A stretch of DNA of 64,000 nucleotides from Pristiophorus japonicus (Eukaryota): assembly GCF_044704955.1 (NCBI RefSeq), contig NC_091982.1:102734001-102798000 (forward strand). Direction: 5' to 3'. The position numbers were made by a program, and so were the translations under genes. The first letter of the stretch is position 1. Every line of letters starts with the position of its first letter. This document shows, piece by piece, positions 13,041 to 25,883 of the stretch. A model generated the notes under the pieces. It made no database searches. It had not been told where the DNA came from and saw only the letters and a program-made list of their open reading frames with translations.

Positions 13041-13563
13041 TATGCTTTAAAACACATTTAAAAGTAATTCTATTTTTCCAAATCCATTCTGTGGAAAAAC
13101 CCAGAGATAAGTTTTGTACTTACCTTTTGGGGCTTCTGCATCTGTTCCAACTGCTTCTGCTGAGCAATGTCCTCAGCCGATGCTCCATTCAGTAGGCCAT
13201 TAAAATAGCTCTAAGGTCACATCTAGTGATAGAACACCTAGTTGCAAATATTTATGAGCTGGCAACTTAAGTCTAGTGGACACCTATACTGCCCAGGAAA
13301 ACAGTCTGGGGAGCGGGAACAGATTGGTAAGTGGATCACTTTTATTTTATCTCTCATTCGCCAGGAGCTAAAATCCCCCCCCCCACCCCGCCCCTAACGT
13401 TTGAGTTCTAATCATTGTCATTCACCACTTTTATCAGCACACAATTAGAAAGGAAACTTTACAGAAAAATCTATGGATTTGTGAATCAATTTGAGAGAGG
13501 AACAATACAAAACAATCTCCCTTGCTCACAAACTACAGAGTGCTCTCAACAGTTTCCTTATAG

Positions 13564-14635
13564 AGAGTCCAACTTTGCCCAACCCCTTTTTTCGGCGCAC
13601 TTACTTTGCACGCTGGAAACGATGCCGGAAAAAAGGGGCCCCATCCTGGCCGCTCTTCCGAGTCCCGGGAGTCCCGGCATGGTATGCATTCTGAAGTGGG
13701 AGTCGGAGCAATAGGCCAGCACCGAAAACAGTGCCGGCACCTGCGCGCATGCGCAGTGAAGTCTGCGCGCATGCTCCTGCCCTCCCAGCGTGTCCTGCAG
13801 GCTGTGAGCAGGACCCGATGCTCGCAGCCCCTTTTCTCAGCTGAAGGGACGCCCCGACCTCGCTGCACCCTATCCCCAGCCGTGTGGCCTCCCGCACCGG
13901 CCGGCCGGCCCGCTAACTTCCCAGGCGAGGTAGGACTTTGGTTTTATTTTTTTATTCATTGGTTGTGCTTGAGAGTTTTGATTGGGGGGGAAGGAGGAGA
14001 GTTTTGGGGTGGGGGGGTAGAGAAAGAGTGTATTGGAGGGGAGAGGAGGAGAGTTTTTTTGGGGGGGAGGAGAAAGAGTGTTTTGTATACCAGCATTTCT
14101 CTCTCTCTCTCTCTCTCTGGCTACCACCGCACCGCCCCCCCTCCCCCCCACTGACATTGCGGCCAGCAACTCGCATTTCTCCCGTCGCTTTATGTAGTGG
14201 CCCCACCCCCCCGGTGACATCGTGATAGGATTTACTTCATTTTTATTCATATTTTAATTGTTTGAGCTTTGCCTTGCAATGTTTGGTGCTTGGTTGTTGA
14301 GGTCCTCTCCAGTTCCCTTCCCTCCCCTAATGTCTGCCGAATGTGCACTGCTTTTTCTTCACTGCCGGCAAGGTTTTCCAAGCTGGCCACATATGCTGAC
14401 CTAAGTGGATTTGGAGTAAGTTTTTGCTGGCCAAAGTGGTATTAATGGCCAAAACTGGCGTAATTGTCTGGAAACGCCCCCTTTTGAAAAAAAAAACTGA
14501 CCTAAAAAGAAAACGTACCTAACTGACCTACTCTGGAGCAAATTTTTGGGGGAAAATGGCATTTTTTAAACTTACGCCAGAAAAAACAACTTACTCCAAA
14601 AATATTGATGCAAGTCATGACCAAAGTTGGGCCCA
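13564..14635. mobile_element. MITE (PIF/Harbinger-type)
   Basis: Imperfect TIR GAGTCCAACTTTG...CAAAGTTGGGCCC, 3-bp TSD TAG/TAG. Confidence 0.75.
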
Positions 14636-14750
14636 TAGTTTCTAGATAAACTTACATGATAGATTGACTTAAAATGTGATAGCTCAGGCTCTAACAGTCA
14701 TTGAAAATATACCAAGTATTAAACCAACCCGCCAGCTCTGATGATCTTAC

Positions 14751-14860
14751 TTTTTCATGTCCACTGTTGTTACATTAAAGACAACGCCTTTCAGCCACAG
14801 AACCATGAAGAGACGTTGGCAAAATGGGCAGTTCCCAATGTTCTCTCCATCAAAACCAGC
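14751..14860 (-). CDS. CLIC2: Chloride intracellular channel 2, coding exon 2 (110 bp)
   Basis: [36 protein letters not shown] with the CPFC motif; acceptor TTTTCTCTAG, donor GTAAGA. Confidence 0.96.
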
Positions 14861-15072
14861 CTAGAGAAAAGGAAAAAAAGAACAGGAAGCTTAGGTTCTT
14901 ATTAAAGTAGTCCACAGTATTCTGCTTTAATAGAACTAATGTAAGGGGCTGAATATTATGGTTATTATTCCATACACTGAATGAAAACGGATGATGATTT
15001 TATAACACCAGCTGTAAGGGATCACTGGAAGAGCCCAGTTAGAAGCTTCCTTTGTAGCTACCCACAGTCCAA

Positions 15073-15152
15073 TAAAGAAAGAAAGAACTTGCATTTATAT
15101 AATGCTTTTCATGACCGCAGGATGTCCCAAAGTGCTTCACAGCCAATGAATT
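15073..15152 (-). repeat. L2/Deu-SINE-type 3' tail fragment
   Basis: AACTTGCATTTATAT...TGTCCCAAAGTGCTTCACA, same tail as at 37420 and 57960. Confidence 0.65.
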
Positions 15153-15244
15153 ACAAATTGGACCTTAGTGACTGGGATTGGTATAATATACCTTAAATAA
15201 CATTAAATTTGCAAATGTTTAGAACGTCATTTTCTGACATTCTC

Positions 15245-16065
15245 GGGGCAAAATTGCCCTGCGGCCCAATTAGGGGCGATAATCATCTGGGGCCGGGACT
15301 TTCTGTGCCCGGTGCAGACGTTCCGCCCTGGCGCGGAATTGCCCTTACCGCCCTTCAAAGAAAGCGGAGCGCAATCTCCCACACTCCACTTCCTTTGGGG
15401 GCGATTACCAGGCCGCTACTGGGGTGCTGAGGGAAGTGCTACATGGATGCTCCACGTAGCACTGACCCACTTCAATGCTCCTCCCCTTCGATTAAAGGGG
15501 AGGGCCACTGCGCACTCTGCAAGGCGGCTGATGGCCTCCATTGGACTACCAGGGCAGCGTACGACTGAGCCAGCAGACTGACACCCAAGACGGAGTGCTG
15601 GGCTGCACAGTGCCATCCCGGACCATGCTAAGACCGCCATTGTAGAGCCGACCTGAGAGTTGTCAGGCAAAAAAAGGTTGCGGCCAGGGGTATTGGTGCC
15701 CTCCTCTTTAAGGAGCACCCCAAGAGCGGATGTCGGACAGCTTTGCGACCCACAAAGCTGGCGTTGACATCCACTCGCGCCAGCCTCATGGCCCATGGGG
15801 CAATTTCCCCCATGGGGTGTTCGGGGGTCATCACGGGGCGTTGAGGGGTCGTCGCGTACGGGGATGATGTCATCGCCAGTTGTGCGGCGGCCAGGGGCGT
15901 TCACTGTAGGGCGAGGCGCTGCTATAGCAGTGCCTCCGTAAACTCCGGGGCAATTTCAAAGGAGGCGGTTACGCCCCTCTCCCCTGGGTGAAAAGTCTGC
16001 TCCGCCCATTAATGCCCCCTCCCCGGAGGTGCTAACAGAGGTATAAAAAGGAGCAATTTCACCCC
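15245..16065. mobile_element. MITE (PIF/Harbinger-type)
   Basis: TIR GGGGCAAAATTGCCC...GAGCAATTTCACCCC; exact 3-bp TSD CTC. Confidence 0.85.
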
Positions 16066-17027
16066 CTCTGCTTCTTAGATACGACCATAAATTCTTTTAA
16101 AGGTGAAATTGCTCGGAATATGAGATGTAAAAATGGTTAAGAAATGTCTCAGTTCACTGTACAATGCCAGTAACTAGTACTGTAACAGTGTTTGAAACTC
16201 AGCAATGTGCAAAACTCATAAAAAATGTAATGTTTAGCACTTTGGAATGTTAATACTGTTTGAGAAATTCAACAGTATCTAACGTGAATTTCTAAATTGC
16301 TAAAATAAAAATAATTTACTGATCATCTCAGTCACAGAAGAGCAGAAATTATTGATGGTGATGTTATTGCACAAATGTGTTCTCTCAAATCCCTCTCTTT
16401 ATTACTTTAACAGAGGCACTAACCATTTATTTTAAATGGGTTAATAGCTTTTTTACATATGATGAAAATCATTTTCTATATAATTGAATTTGAACACACC
16501 AGTACGGGTTTCTAATTTTTTTTTTGTGTTAACTTGCGTTAATATATATCTAAAATTGCATTTAATTTCCAAAGTGCTTGGAACGTCATTTTCTGAAACC
16601 CTGTTTTTTTTAGATAAGACATCCATCATAGGGTTAGCTGCCAAACTTCACCATCAGGGAACAACTGATAAAGTTCACTGATGACTTCTCAAATCTACAA
16701 AGTGTGAGAAGGTCACGCACCCAGCAGGGTTCAGGAATAAGCTTCTTACCCTGTCAGCACTCTGAGGGTGTATTTATATTGCAGCTGTTGGTTAGATTCT
16801 AATAGAGCATTTCTATTGCTTGGCTCCTGTTCAGGAGAGAGTGCTGCACATGCCTAGATGCACACAAATAGTTGCCTCTCAAAAATGTGAAATGTAAATA
16901 CTTGGAGAGTGAGGAGGAGAGAATCCCAGCACTCTCACCATTTAAGTTAAGGTTGGGCAGGCTACAAAGTGTCCAGGAGACCCTCTGAGCGTTTTGCAAA
17001 CCAAGTTTAACTGGATTTACACTCCTT

Positions 17028-17673
17028 GGTCGGGAAATTGAGTAGCGCCCGTTTGCGGGAGGTGACATCCACAAGGAGGGATTTCTTGCGCCAGGCACGG
17101 AAGTTTTCCCCACTCGTGAAATTGGTGTTACCGTCTCCGAGAGGAAGTGAATCGGAAAATAATGCGCTCCACTTCCTCTCTGGAGCGCAAAGGGGGGGCG
17201 GAAGCAGAGGGAGCGGGACACAGTGCAACGCAGTGGGCCACGTAATGCTGCCGCTTAGGAGCGGCCCTCTCCTTCACCAAAGGGGAGGGCCAAGCTGCAG
17301 ACTAAGGCGGATTGCGGGGCTGCCAGATCGCTGCACAGACCCCGCATTCAAGGAGGCAACGGGCCGTGAGAGTTAAGTCAGACGATTTTTTTTCACACGT
17401 ACACCACCTCCCCTTTAACTAACGCCCCGCGAGCGGCCAGCCGCCATGCACGTGCTCCCTGAAGCTGTCGCTGGCATCGCCTGGAGCAGCTTCAAGGGGC
17501 GATACTGAACTTTTGTTCTGGGGCAAAAATGGGTCGTTGCACAAGGTGATGACAATTGTGCTGAATTTAGCGGGAGCTGTTAGCTGTGCGCGCTCAGGCA
17601 AAAAGTCATTTGCACCCCGTTAGCACCGCAGGGGCCGCGAACGAGAGGCGTAAACGATCCCAATTTCTCTCCC
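17028..17673. mobile_element. MITE (PIF/Harbinger-type)
   Basis: TIR GGTCGGGAAATTG...CAATTTCTCTCCC; TSD CTT/CAT; internal similarity to 12408-13040. Confidence 0.75.
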
Positions 17674-17739
17674 CATGAGTCACTTGGGAGTCAGCTCAGG
17701 CCCTGACTCCTGATTTACGCTGCCAAGTTAGCATCAAGG

Positions 17740-19330
17740 CATAGTAGAAATATAGAAACATAGAAATTTACAGCGCAGAAGGAGGCCATTTCGGCCCATC
17801 GTGTCTGCGCTGGCCGGCAAAGAGCCGCACGGCCCTTCGTCAACAGCCCTAAAGGTTACATACAAACCCATGAACAATAACAGAAAGGCAAAGAGCACAG
17901 AGCCCAACCAGTCCGCCCCACACCACTGCAACACCCCTTATACTAAAAACATCTACACTCCACCCAAATTGGAGTCATGTGGTCTCCTGGGAAAGGCAAA
18001 AATCAGATAAAAACCCAGGCCAATTTAGGGAGAAAAAATCTGGGAAAATTCCTCTCCGACTCATCCAGGCAATCAAAACTAGTCCAGGAGATCACCCTGG
18101 CCGTATTCTATTCCTTGCAGTACTTACTATTATATATACGCCGACCAACAAAACATCATCTAGTCTAATCCCAATTACCAGCTCTAGGTCCGTAACCCTG
18201 CAGGTTACGGCACTTTAAGTGCCCATCCAAACATCTCTTAAAAGTGATGAGGGTTTCTGCATTCACCACTCTTCTAGGCAGCGAGTTCCAGATCCCCACA
18301 TCCCTCTGTGTAAAGAAGCCCCCCCTCAAATCCCCTTCCACCAACCACCTTAAAACTACGGCCCCTCGTAATAGCCCCCTCCACCAATGGAAATAGATCC
18401 TTACTGTCCACTATGTCCAGGCCCCTCAATATCTTGTACACCTCAATGAGGTCTCCTCTCAACCTTCTCTGTTCCAATGAGAACAAACCCAGCCTATCCA
18501 ATCTGTCCTCATAACTAAGATTGTCCATTCCTGGCAGCATCCTAGTAAATCTCCTCTGCACCCTCTCTAGTGCAATCACGTCCTTTCTATAATAGTGACC
18601 AGAACTGCACGCAGTACTCCAGATGTTGTCTAACCAAAGTATTATATAATTTAAGCAAAACCTCCCTGTTCTTATATTCTATGCCTTGGCCAATAAAGGC
18701 AAGTATTCCATATGCCTTCTTAACCACCTTATCTACCTGACGTGCTACTTTCAGGGATCTGTGGACAAGTACTTCAAGGTCCCTTTGTTCATTTACACTA
18801 TTAAATGGCCTACTACTTAATGTGTATAGCCTTTCCTTATTAGCCCTCCCAAAGTGCATCACCTCACACTTCTCTGAATTAAATTCCATTTGCCACTGCT
18901 CTGCCCACCTGACCAGTAGATTGATATCCTCCTGCAGCCCATGACTTTCCTCTTCATTATCAACCACACAGCCAATTTTAGTGTTGTCTGCAAACTTCTT
19001 AATTATACTTCCTATATTCAAATCTAAATCGTTGATATATACCACAAAAAGCAAGGGACCCAATACTGAGCCCTGCAGAACCCCACTGGAAACTTCCTTC
19101 CAGTCACAAAAACATCCATCAATCATTACCCTTTGCTTCCCACCTCCAAGCCAATTTTGAAGCCAACTTGCCACTTTGCCCTGGATCCCATGGGCTTTAA
19201 CCTTCATGACCAGTCTACCATGCGAGACCTTATCAAAAGCCTTGCTAAAGTCCATATATACTACATCGTATGCACTACCCTCAAGACCCTCTTGGTTACC
19301 TCCTCAAAAAATTCAATCAGGTTAGACAAA
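17740..19330 (-). mobile_element. CR1 3' portion, subfamily with a long (~450 bp) 3' UTR
   Basis: ORFs 18587-19255 (DFSKAFDKV, QGSVLGP, KFADNTK) and 18274-18579; TAGAAACATAGAAA tail. Confidence 0.92.
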
Positions 19331-20537
19331 CATATAAGAGTCACTTCGCTCTAAACTTGTAGTTTAAATGCTCCAAGTTAGGGAACAACGCAAGAATAAT
19401 TTCAAGAGAAGGGATAAAAATGAACAATTGAGTAGTTATCACTATTATTGCTTAGCACATGCACTAGTACAGAGGAATTTTGCCCATAATACCAGAATAA
19501 TGAGGCAATAATTCTGTCTCAGGGCTCAGATTCGATAGTGTTCCCACAGTAAGACCATCCTATGAAACCCTCTACAGAATGATTTGTATATTCTTTGCTA
19601 CATATTATTTTGTACGCAGTATGCGAGAGAGGCCACTTCCAGGCTTTGTTGAACACCATGCAATCGCATACGTTATATATTTAATTTGAAGCCACAGCCT
19701 TAGCTGTGATGTTTTTTTAAAGTCTGTTATTTCCAGGCGGAGAAGATCAATACTTGTCTCAAAAATCTGATCAATTCAAGTTGCTTCTCGGACAAAAAGA
19801 TTTATTCAGGAAGCTGACAAGGAATGTTAAGTTCGAAAAGGACAGGACACAGCCAATGGCCATTGAGGCTAAATAAAGAAAGGAAAGGGTTATTATTCTG
19901 TGGGAAGTATTACCTCAGATAATTTATACACAGTAGAGGTAATGAGGCACAGTGAGATTTTTAGCTCTTTCATTATTGGTTTGGCTCATGTTTGGGTTCA
20001 AGGGGTCAGTCCAACCCCCTGCTCTGGCCCAAGATCAGTTTCAGGTTTAACAGTGTCTGTTCCTGTGCTTCCTTTAACACTGGTGCGTTAACAAGAAACA
20101 CTGGGGATAGGCAAACAGATTGCAATCCACTTCATCCTGTCAAGTCTTTCATTTTACCGCCAGCAATTTTACTCTCCACTTGCTGTTGTTAGCTTCCTTA
20201 TCCCTACAGAATGTGAAGTACATCTCAAGCTTGGTACTAAACACACCGAAAATAAAAATATTGAATATATTATCATTTATTATCTATTATTAGTGCAATA
20301 CTTTATAATTAATTTTAATATTCATTGATATACAGTATAGTGTCATTCTAAATTGAACCACAATTCAAAATAATTTAAGAAAACGATATGTTAAATGTTT
20401 CCTTATTTGGATAATGAAACTGTCGACATTTAAAAGATAATCTAGGTGGATGAAGTAAAACTAACAGCCACTCTACATTCAAACCGCAGAGAAGGGTTTT
20501 GTGTAATTCTCTATCAAAAAATCCATTCGCTTTTTAC

Positions 20538-20591
20538 CTTAATGTAAAGTTCAATTTCTAGGGTTCTGCTGCCAGATCCTTGTTTGGCCAT
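20538..20591 (-). CDS. CLIC2: Chloride intracellular channel 2, coding exon 1 (54 bp)
   Basis: ATG...MAKQGSGSRTLEIELYIK, donor AAG|GTAAAA in phase 0 joining exon 2; EIEL(F/Y)xK is the conserved CLIC first strand; in-frame upstream stop in unspliced sequence. Confidence 0.9.
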
Positions 20592-20902
20592 TGCTGGATC
20601 AGAGAAACAATCAACCAAGCAGTCCAAGTGTAAGCAAAGTCTTCATAAAGAGTCTCAAAAGAATCAAGAAGCACCAAACAAGTATGGCAGCCTCTTTGAT
20701 TATCCCGCTCTCCTCTGAGCTTTTCTTAAGGCACAGGGTACTGTCGAGTCAACTTAAGGCACAGGGTACTGTCGAAGTGTACTCAGCGACAATAAGTCTC
20801 CACAAGGCACACAAGAGTGTTGCTTTCTTTCAGTTAGGGTGTAACGTCCTGCCTGTCTTAACACTATGCTTCCCTCAGTTGTAATTGGAGGGTGGCTCTA
20901 AC

Positions 20903-20908
20903 TTTATA
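20903..20908 (-). promoter_or_regulatory. Possible TATA box of a proximal CLIC2 promoter
   Basis: TATAAA on the minus strand ~310 bp upstream of the ATG in unique sequence; motif only. Confidence 0.25.
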
Positions 20909-21189
20909 AGCCAGAAAGCAACAACTATGACTCAGCACTATCCCAATATTATTTACAGTAAAATACAGGAACAAATTCGAACAGTATAAAGAAAGTGCAG
21001 AAACATGCAAAAAGCCAAACAATTTGAATAAAAACATTTTTTAATAATATCATGTAAAATTGCTAGATGACTAGTCTTTATAATCACACAGATATTTAGA
21101 ATAGAAGCATTCATATAAATTCCTGAATCTTTAATGCTGATTATATTAATTTCTATAAATACCCTATAAATTCCTGTCAGCAGACATTG

Positions 21190-22720
21190 GCACCAGAATT
21201 GAAAGAAAGAACTCCATCACCATCCCTGGGTATCTCCTGTGCCACCGGCAGGACAGACCGACCAGGGGTGACGGCACAATGGTATACAGTCGGGAGGGAG
21301 TGACCCTGGGAGTCCTCAACATTGACTCCGGACCCCATGAAGTCACATGGCTTCAAATCAAGCATGGCCAAGGAAACCTCCTGCTGATTACCAACTACCA
21401 CCCTCCCTCAGCTGATGAATCAGTACTCCTCCATGTTGAACACCACTTGGAAGAAGCACTGAGAGTAGCAAGGGCACAGAAGGTACTCTGGGTGGGGACT
21501 TCAATGTCCTTCACCAAGAGTGGCTCGGTAGCACCACTACTGACAGAGCTGGCTGAGTCCTGAAGAACATATCTGCCAGACTGGGCCTGCAGCAGGTGTT
21601 GAGAGAACCAACACGAGGGAAAAATCTACTTGACATCGTCCTCACCAATCTACCTGTCGCAGATGCATCTGGCAATGACAGTATTGGTAGGGTTAGGGTT
21701 AGGGTCCTTATGGAGATGAAGTCTCATTTTCGCACTGAGAACACCCACTATTGTGTTGTGTGGCACTATCAATGTGCTAAATGGGATAGACTTAGAACAG
21801 ATCTAGCAGCTTAAAACTGGGCATACATGAGGCGCTGTGGGCCATCATCAGCTGCAGAATTGTACTCCACCACAATATGTAACCTAATGGCTCAGTATAT
21901 CCCTTACTCTGCCATTACCATCAAGCCAAAGGACCAACCTTGGTTCAATGAGGAGTGTAGAAGAGCTTGCCAGGAGCAGCACCAGATGATCCTGAAAATG
22001 AAGTGCCAACCTGGTGAAACTACAACACAGGACTACATGTATGCTAAACAGAGGAAGCAGCATGCTAGAGACAGAGCCAAGCGATCCCACAACCAATGGA
22101 TCAGATCAAAGTTCTGCAGTCATTAATGGTGGTGGACAATTAATCAATAAACAAGAAGAGAAGGCTCCATGAAAATCCCCATCCTTAATGATAGTGGAGC
22201 CCAGCACATGAGTGCAATGCCGTTGAATGTCAAGGGTAGATGGTTGCTGGAATGGTCATTGCTTGGAATCTCTGTGGCCTGAATGTTACTTGCCATTTAT
22301 CAGCCCAAGCTTCAATGTTGTCCAGGTCTTACTACATGCCGGACTGGTTGTGCCTGAATGGCCTGTTTCTGTGCCGTATATCCTATGTAATTATCCGGGC
22401 GTCCAGACTTGCAGCAACTCGTAAAGGCTTCTTCGGTAGCATCTCTTAAACCTGCGACCTCCACCATCTAGAAGGACAAGGGCAGCAGATGCATGGGAAC
22501 ACCATCACCTTCAAGTTCCTCTCCAAGTCACACACTATCCTGACTTGCGTAAATATCAACATTCCTTCATTGTTGCAGGGTCAAAATCATGGAACGCCTG
22601 GAAAATTATTGTGGGAGCACTTTCACCAAACGAGCTACATCAGTTCAAAAAAACAACTCACTCCCACCTTCTCAAGGGCAACTAGAGATGGCCTTGCCAG
22701 TGATGCCCACATTCTGATTT
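21190..22720 (+). mobile_element. Rearranged non-LTR retrotransposon (APE endonuclease region, inverted internal piece ~22215-22340, 3' tail)
   Basis: YHPPS..., EPTRGKNLLDIVLTN, KDQPWFNEEC; 3' end GGGCAACTAGAGATGGCCTTGCCAGTGATGCCCACAT shared with SINE 37666-38035. Confidence 0.8.
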
Positions 22721-23396
22721 TTAAAAAAATGCTGAAAGTAATTTCTAGTTTTATGAGTCTTAAAGGCATTTTAACAGACCTAAGGAGCCAACTATAATAT
22801 ATCATAGTCAGGGGAGCCAGGTCAAACAAATGAAATGGTGACCCCTCCCACCAAGCCTCTGAGCAGCAGATGAACAATGAAAACAATGATCAGGAGCTTT
22901 GGGAGTTGGCAACAGGAAAATGGAAACTCTGATGCAGAAACCTTAGAAAGCCAGGGGAAGTATGATTCCTGTAATTCAGAGGATATTTTTCCAAAAAAAC
23001 CATACATATCAGAAGCTCCACAACTATGAAAACATTTACTTCGAAATAAAAAAGTGCAAAATTCATTTTCAATGTCATCGAGGGTCATACAGAAAGATGC
23101 ATAGCAGTTCTGTCAAACAACAGATGAACTAATTTAATAAATACTTGATTAATATTTACATAGAATTACATAGAAATTACAATGCAAAAACAGGCCATTC
23201 GGTCTAACTGATCTATACTTCAACATTTACACAACCATTCTTCAAGTTTATGCTTCAAACTAGCCTCCTTCCACCCTACTTCATCTCATCTTATCACCAT
23301 ATACTTCTAATTTTTTCTCCCTCATGTACTTATCTAGCTTTGTCTTAAATGCCATTTGCCTCAATTACACCATGTGGTAGCAAGTTCCACATTCTA

Positions 23397-23975
23397 TGAT
23401 GAACCTGTACAAAACACTGGTTCATCCTTAACTGGATTATTATGTCCATTTCTGGGCACCGCACTTTAGGAAGGATGTGAAGGCTTTAGAGAAGGTGTAG
23501 AAAAGATTTTCAAGAATGGTTCCAGGGATGAGGGACTTCAGTTACATGGATAGACTGGAAAAGCTGGGATTGTTCTCCTTAGAGCAGAGAAGGCTGAGGG
23601 GAGGTTTGATAGAGATGTTCAAAATCATGAGAGGTCAACACAGAGTTGATAGTGAGAAACTGTTCCCATTGGCGGAAGGGTCGAGAACCAGAGGACACAG
23701 ATTTAAGGTGATTGGCAGAAGAACCAAAGGTGTCATGAGGAAAAATCATTTTGCGCAATGAGTGGTTATGATCTGGAATGCACTGTCTGAAAGGGTGGTG
23801 GAGGCAAGATCAATTGTGGCTTTCAAAAGGGAATTGGATAAGTACCTGAAGGAAAAAAAATTGCAGGGCTAAGGAAAAGGGTGGGGAAGTGGGATTAGGT
23901 GCAGTGCTCTTGCACAGAGCCGGCACGGATCGATGGGCTGAATGACTGCCTTCTGTAACCATTCTATGATTCTAT
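23397..23975 (+). mobile_element. CR1 3' fragment nested in the older CR1
   Basis: ORF 23516-23761 (RLEKLGLFSLEQRRLRG); ATTCTATG tail. Confidence 0.88.
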
Positions 23976-24661
23976 GGGGGAGAAATTTGGATCATTTGTA
24001 ATGGAGCGTGAACGACTTTGGGACTGGGCATGGCACAGTTAACAACTCCCGTTAAATTTGGCGGCAGCAGTAACACATAGTGCTCTGCTCTGCCATGCCT
24101 GCCGATGCTGATGTCATCACCGTGCACAGCGCCCTGTTAGTGCCCCGGACTCTAAATTGGGTATCGTTCCCTGAAGCTGCACCGGGCGATGACAGCGACA
24201 GCTTGAAGGGACGTGTAATGGCCGGCTGGCCGCTAGCGGGAAGAAAGTTAAAGGGGAGGTGGTCGGCTGATCGTGAAAAAAATGTCCGCTTTTCTTGTGC
24301 GCGCCTTTGCCGCGGGGTCCATGCCGCGATGGGTCGGTCAGCCCGGCACTCTGCTTGAGTACCAGGTTGATTGTGCAGCTACCTGGTGATCCAGGTAGGA
24401 CACTTTCGTTAATGCAGAGTGTGCAGCTCGGGCCCTTCCCTTTAATTCAGGGAAGAGACCCTCCTACGTGGCAGAGGTATGCGACCCAGTGCGTAGCTCA
24501 GCTGAGATGTGCGCCCCGCTCCCGAGGCATCCACGCCGCTACTGCCCCAGAAAGGAAGTGGAGCACTTGTTTTAGCACTTTCTGGGCCGGTAACTCCAAT
24601 TTCTCATGAAGGTCAGACTTCTGTGCCTGGTGAAAAGTCTCACACCCAAATTTTTAGCCCT
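23976..24661. mobile_element. MITE inserted in a CR1 tail, inverted relative of 12408 and 17028
   Basis: TIR GGGGGAGAAATTTGG...CCAAATTTTTAGCCC, TAT flanks. Confidence 0.75.
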
Positions 24662-25211
24662 TATACTCTAACCACTCTCTGGGTATAGAGGTTTCTCCTG
24701 AATCCCTTCTTGGATTTATTCGTGACTATCATATTTATGTCCCCTAGTTTTTACACTTCCCCACTAGTGGAAATAACCTCTCAACATTTACCCAATCAAA
24801 CCCTTTCATAATCTTAAATATCTCCATTAGGTCAGCCCTCAGTCTTCTCTTTTCAAGAGTAAAGAAAATAAGAACATAAGAAATAAGGGCAGGAGTAGGC
24901 TATACGGCCCATCGAGCCGTTCAATAAGAGCATGGCTCCCAGCCTGTTCAGCCTTTCCTGATATAACTTTTCAGTTCTGTATCATCCTGTACATCTTTTT
25001 TAGATCTCCTTCAGTGCCTCTATATCCTTTTTGTAATATGGAGATGTGGTCTAACCAAAGTTCTATACAAGTTTAACATAAGATCGCTGCTTTCCAATTC
25101 TATCCCCCTAAAAATGAACCCCAGTGCTTGGTTTGCTATTTTTATGGCCTTATTAACTTGCGCTGCTGCTGTACCTCTCGATCCTTCTGCTCCTGTACGT
25201 CATTTAGACTC

Positions 25212-25883
25212 TGGGGGGCGCTAACGGGGCGCAAAACTGTTTTCGCCTGGGAGGAGTTGGGCACGACAGGTTTCCACAAAATTGCACGGGAGTTAGCAGA
25301 GGCGTGAACACGGTAGCACCACGACCCTTTTTTGGCTCGTGCCAATCTCTTTCCACCCCGCGGCAGAAATTGACCAGCGCCTCGCGAGGCTGTCGTGGGC
25401 GATGTCAGCGCCAGCTTCACGAGTCGCTCACCGGGCCGACCTCCACTCGGTGGGCGGAAGTTAAAGGGGAGGTGCACTGCACCGCACACCGCCTTTTTTT
25501 CCTTCAGCTGACTCACCGGTCGGGCGATTGTGCTTTGCTGTCGCACGGTCCAGGCCATCATCGTGCAGCTCATCGCTCCGTCTCGGTATCAGGCTGTGGC
25601 CACAGCAGCCCTGGTGACCCAGTGGAGGCCTTGAGATGGCCATGCAGAGTTCGCAGTGTCCCCGCATTTAACAGAAGGGAAGTGTCAGTGCTACGCAGAG
25701 AAGTTGTGTAGTGCCCCCGAACCCGCCCCCGACGGAATTGGAGCATGTGACATTGCGCTCCACTTCTTGTGAGGGGCGGTAACCGCAATTTCGCGGCCGG
25801 GGCAGGTCTTCTGTGTCGGGTGCAGGAGATCCCGCCTCCCCTCGGTTACCACCCCAAAATGGGGCATAATCCAATTTTGCTCC
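25212..25883. mobile_element. MITE fragment in CR1
   Basis: GC-rich, ends CCAATTTTGCTCC; flanks are contiguous CR1 sequence. Confidence 0.7.

Noticed and set aside
13415-14250. Clusters of overlapping ORFs in GC-rich segments (also 15.2-15.9, 24-25.9 and 41 kb)
   Set aside because: GC-rich non-coding MITE interiors with few stop codons; no protein motifs.
22822-23088. Minus-strand ORF with hydrophobic C-terminus
   Set aside because: No recognisable homology or convincing exon structure.
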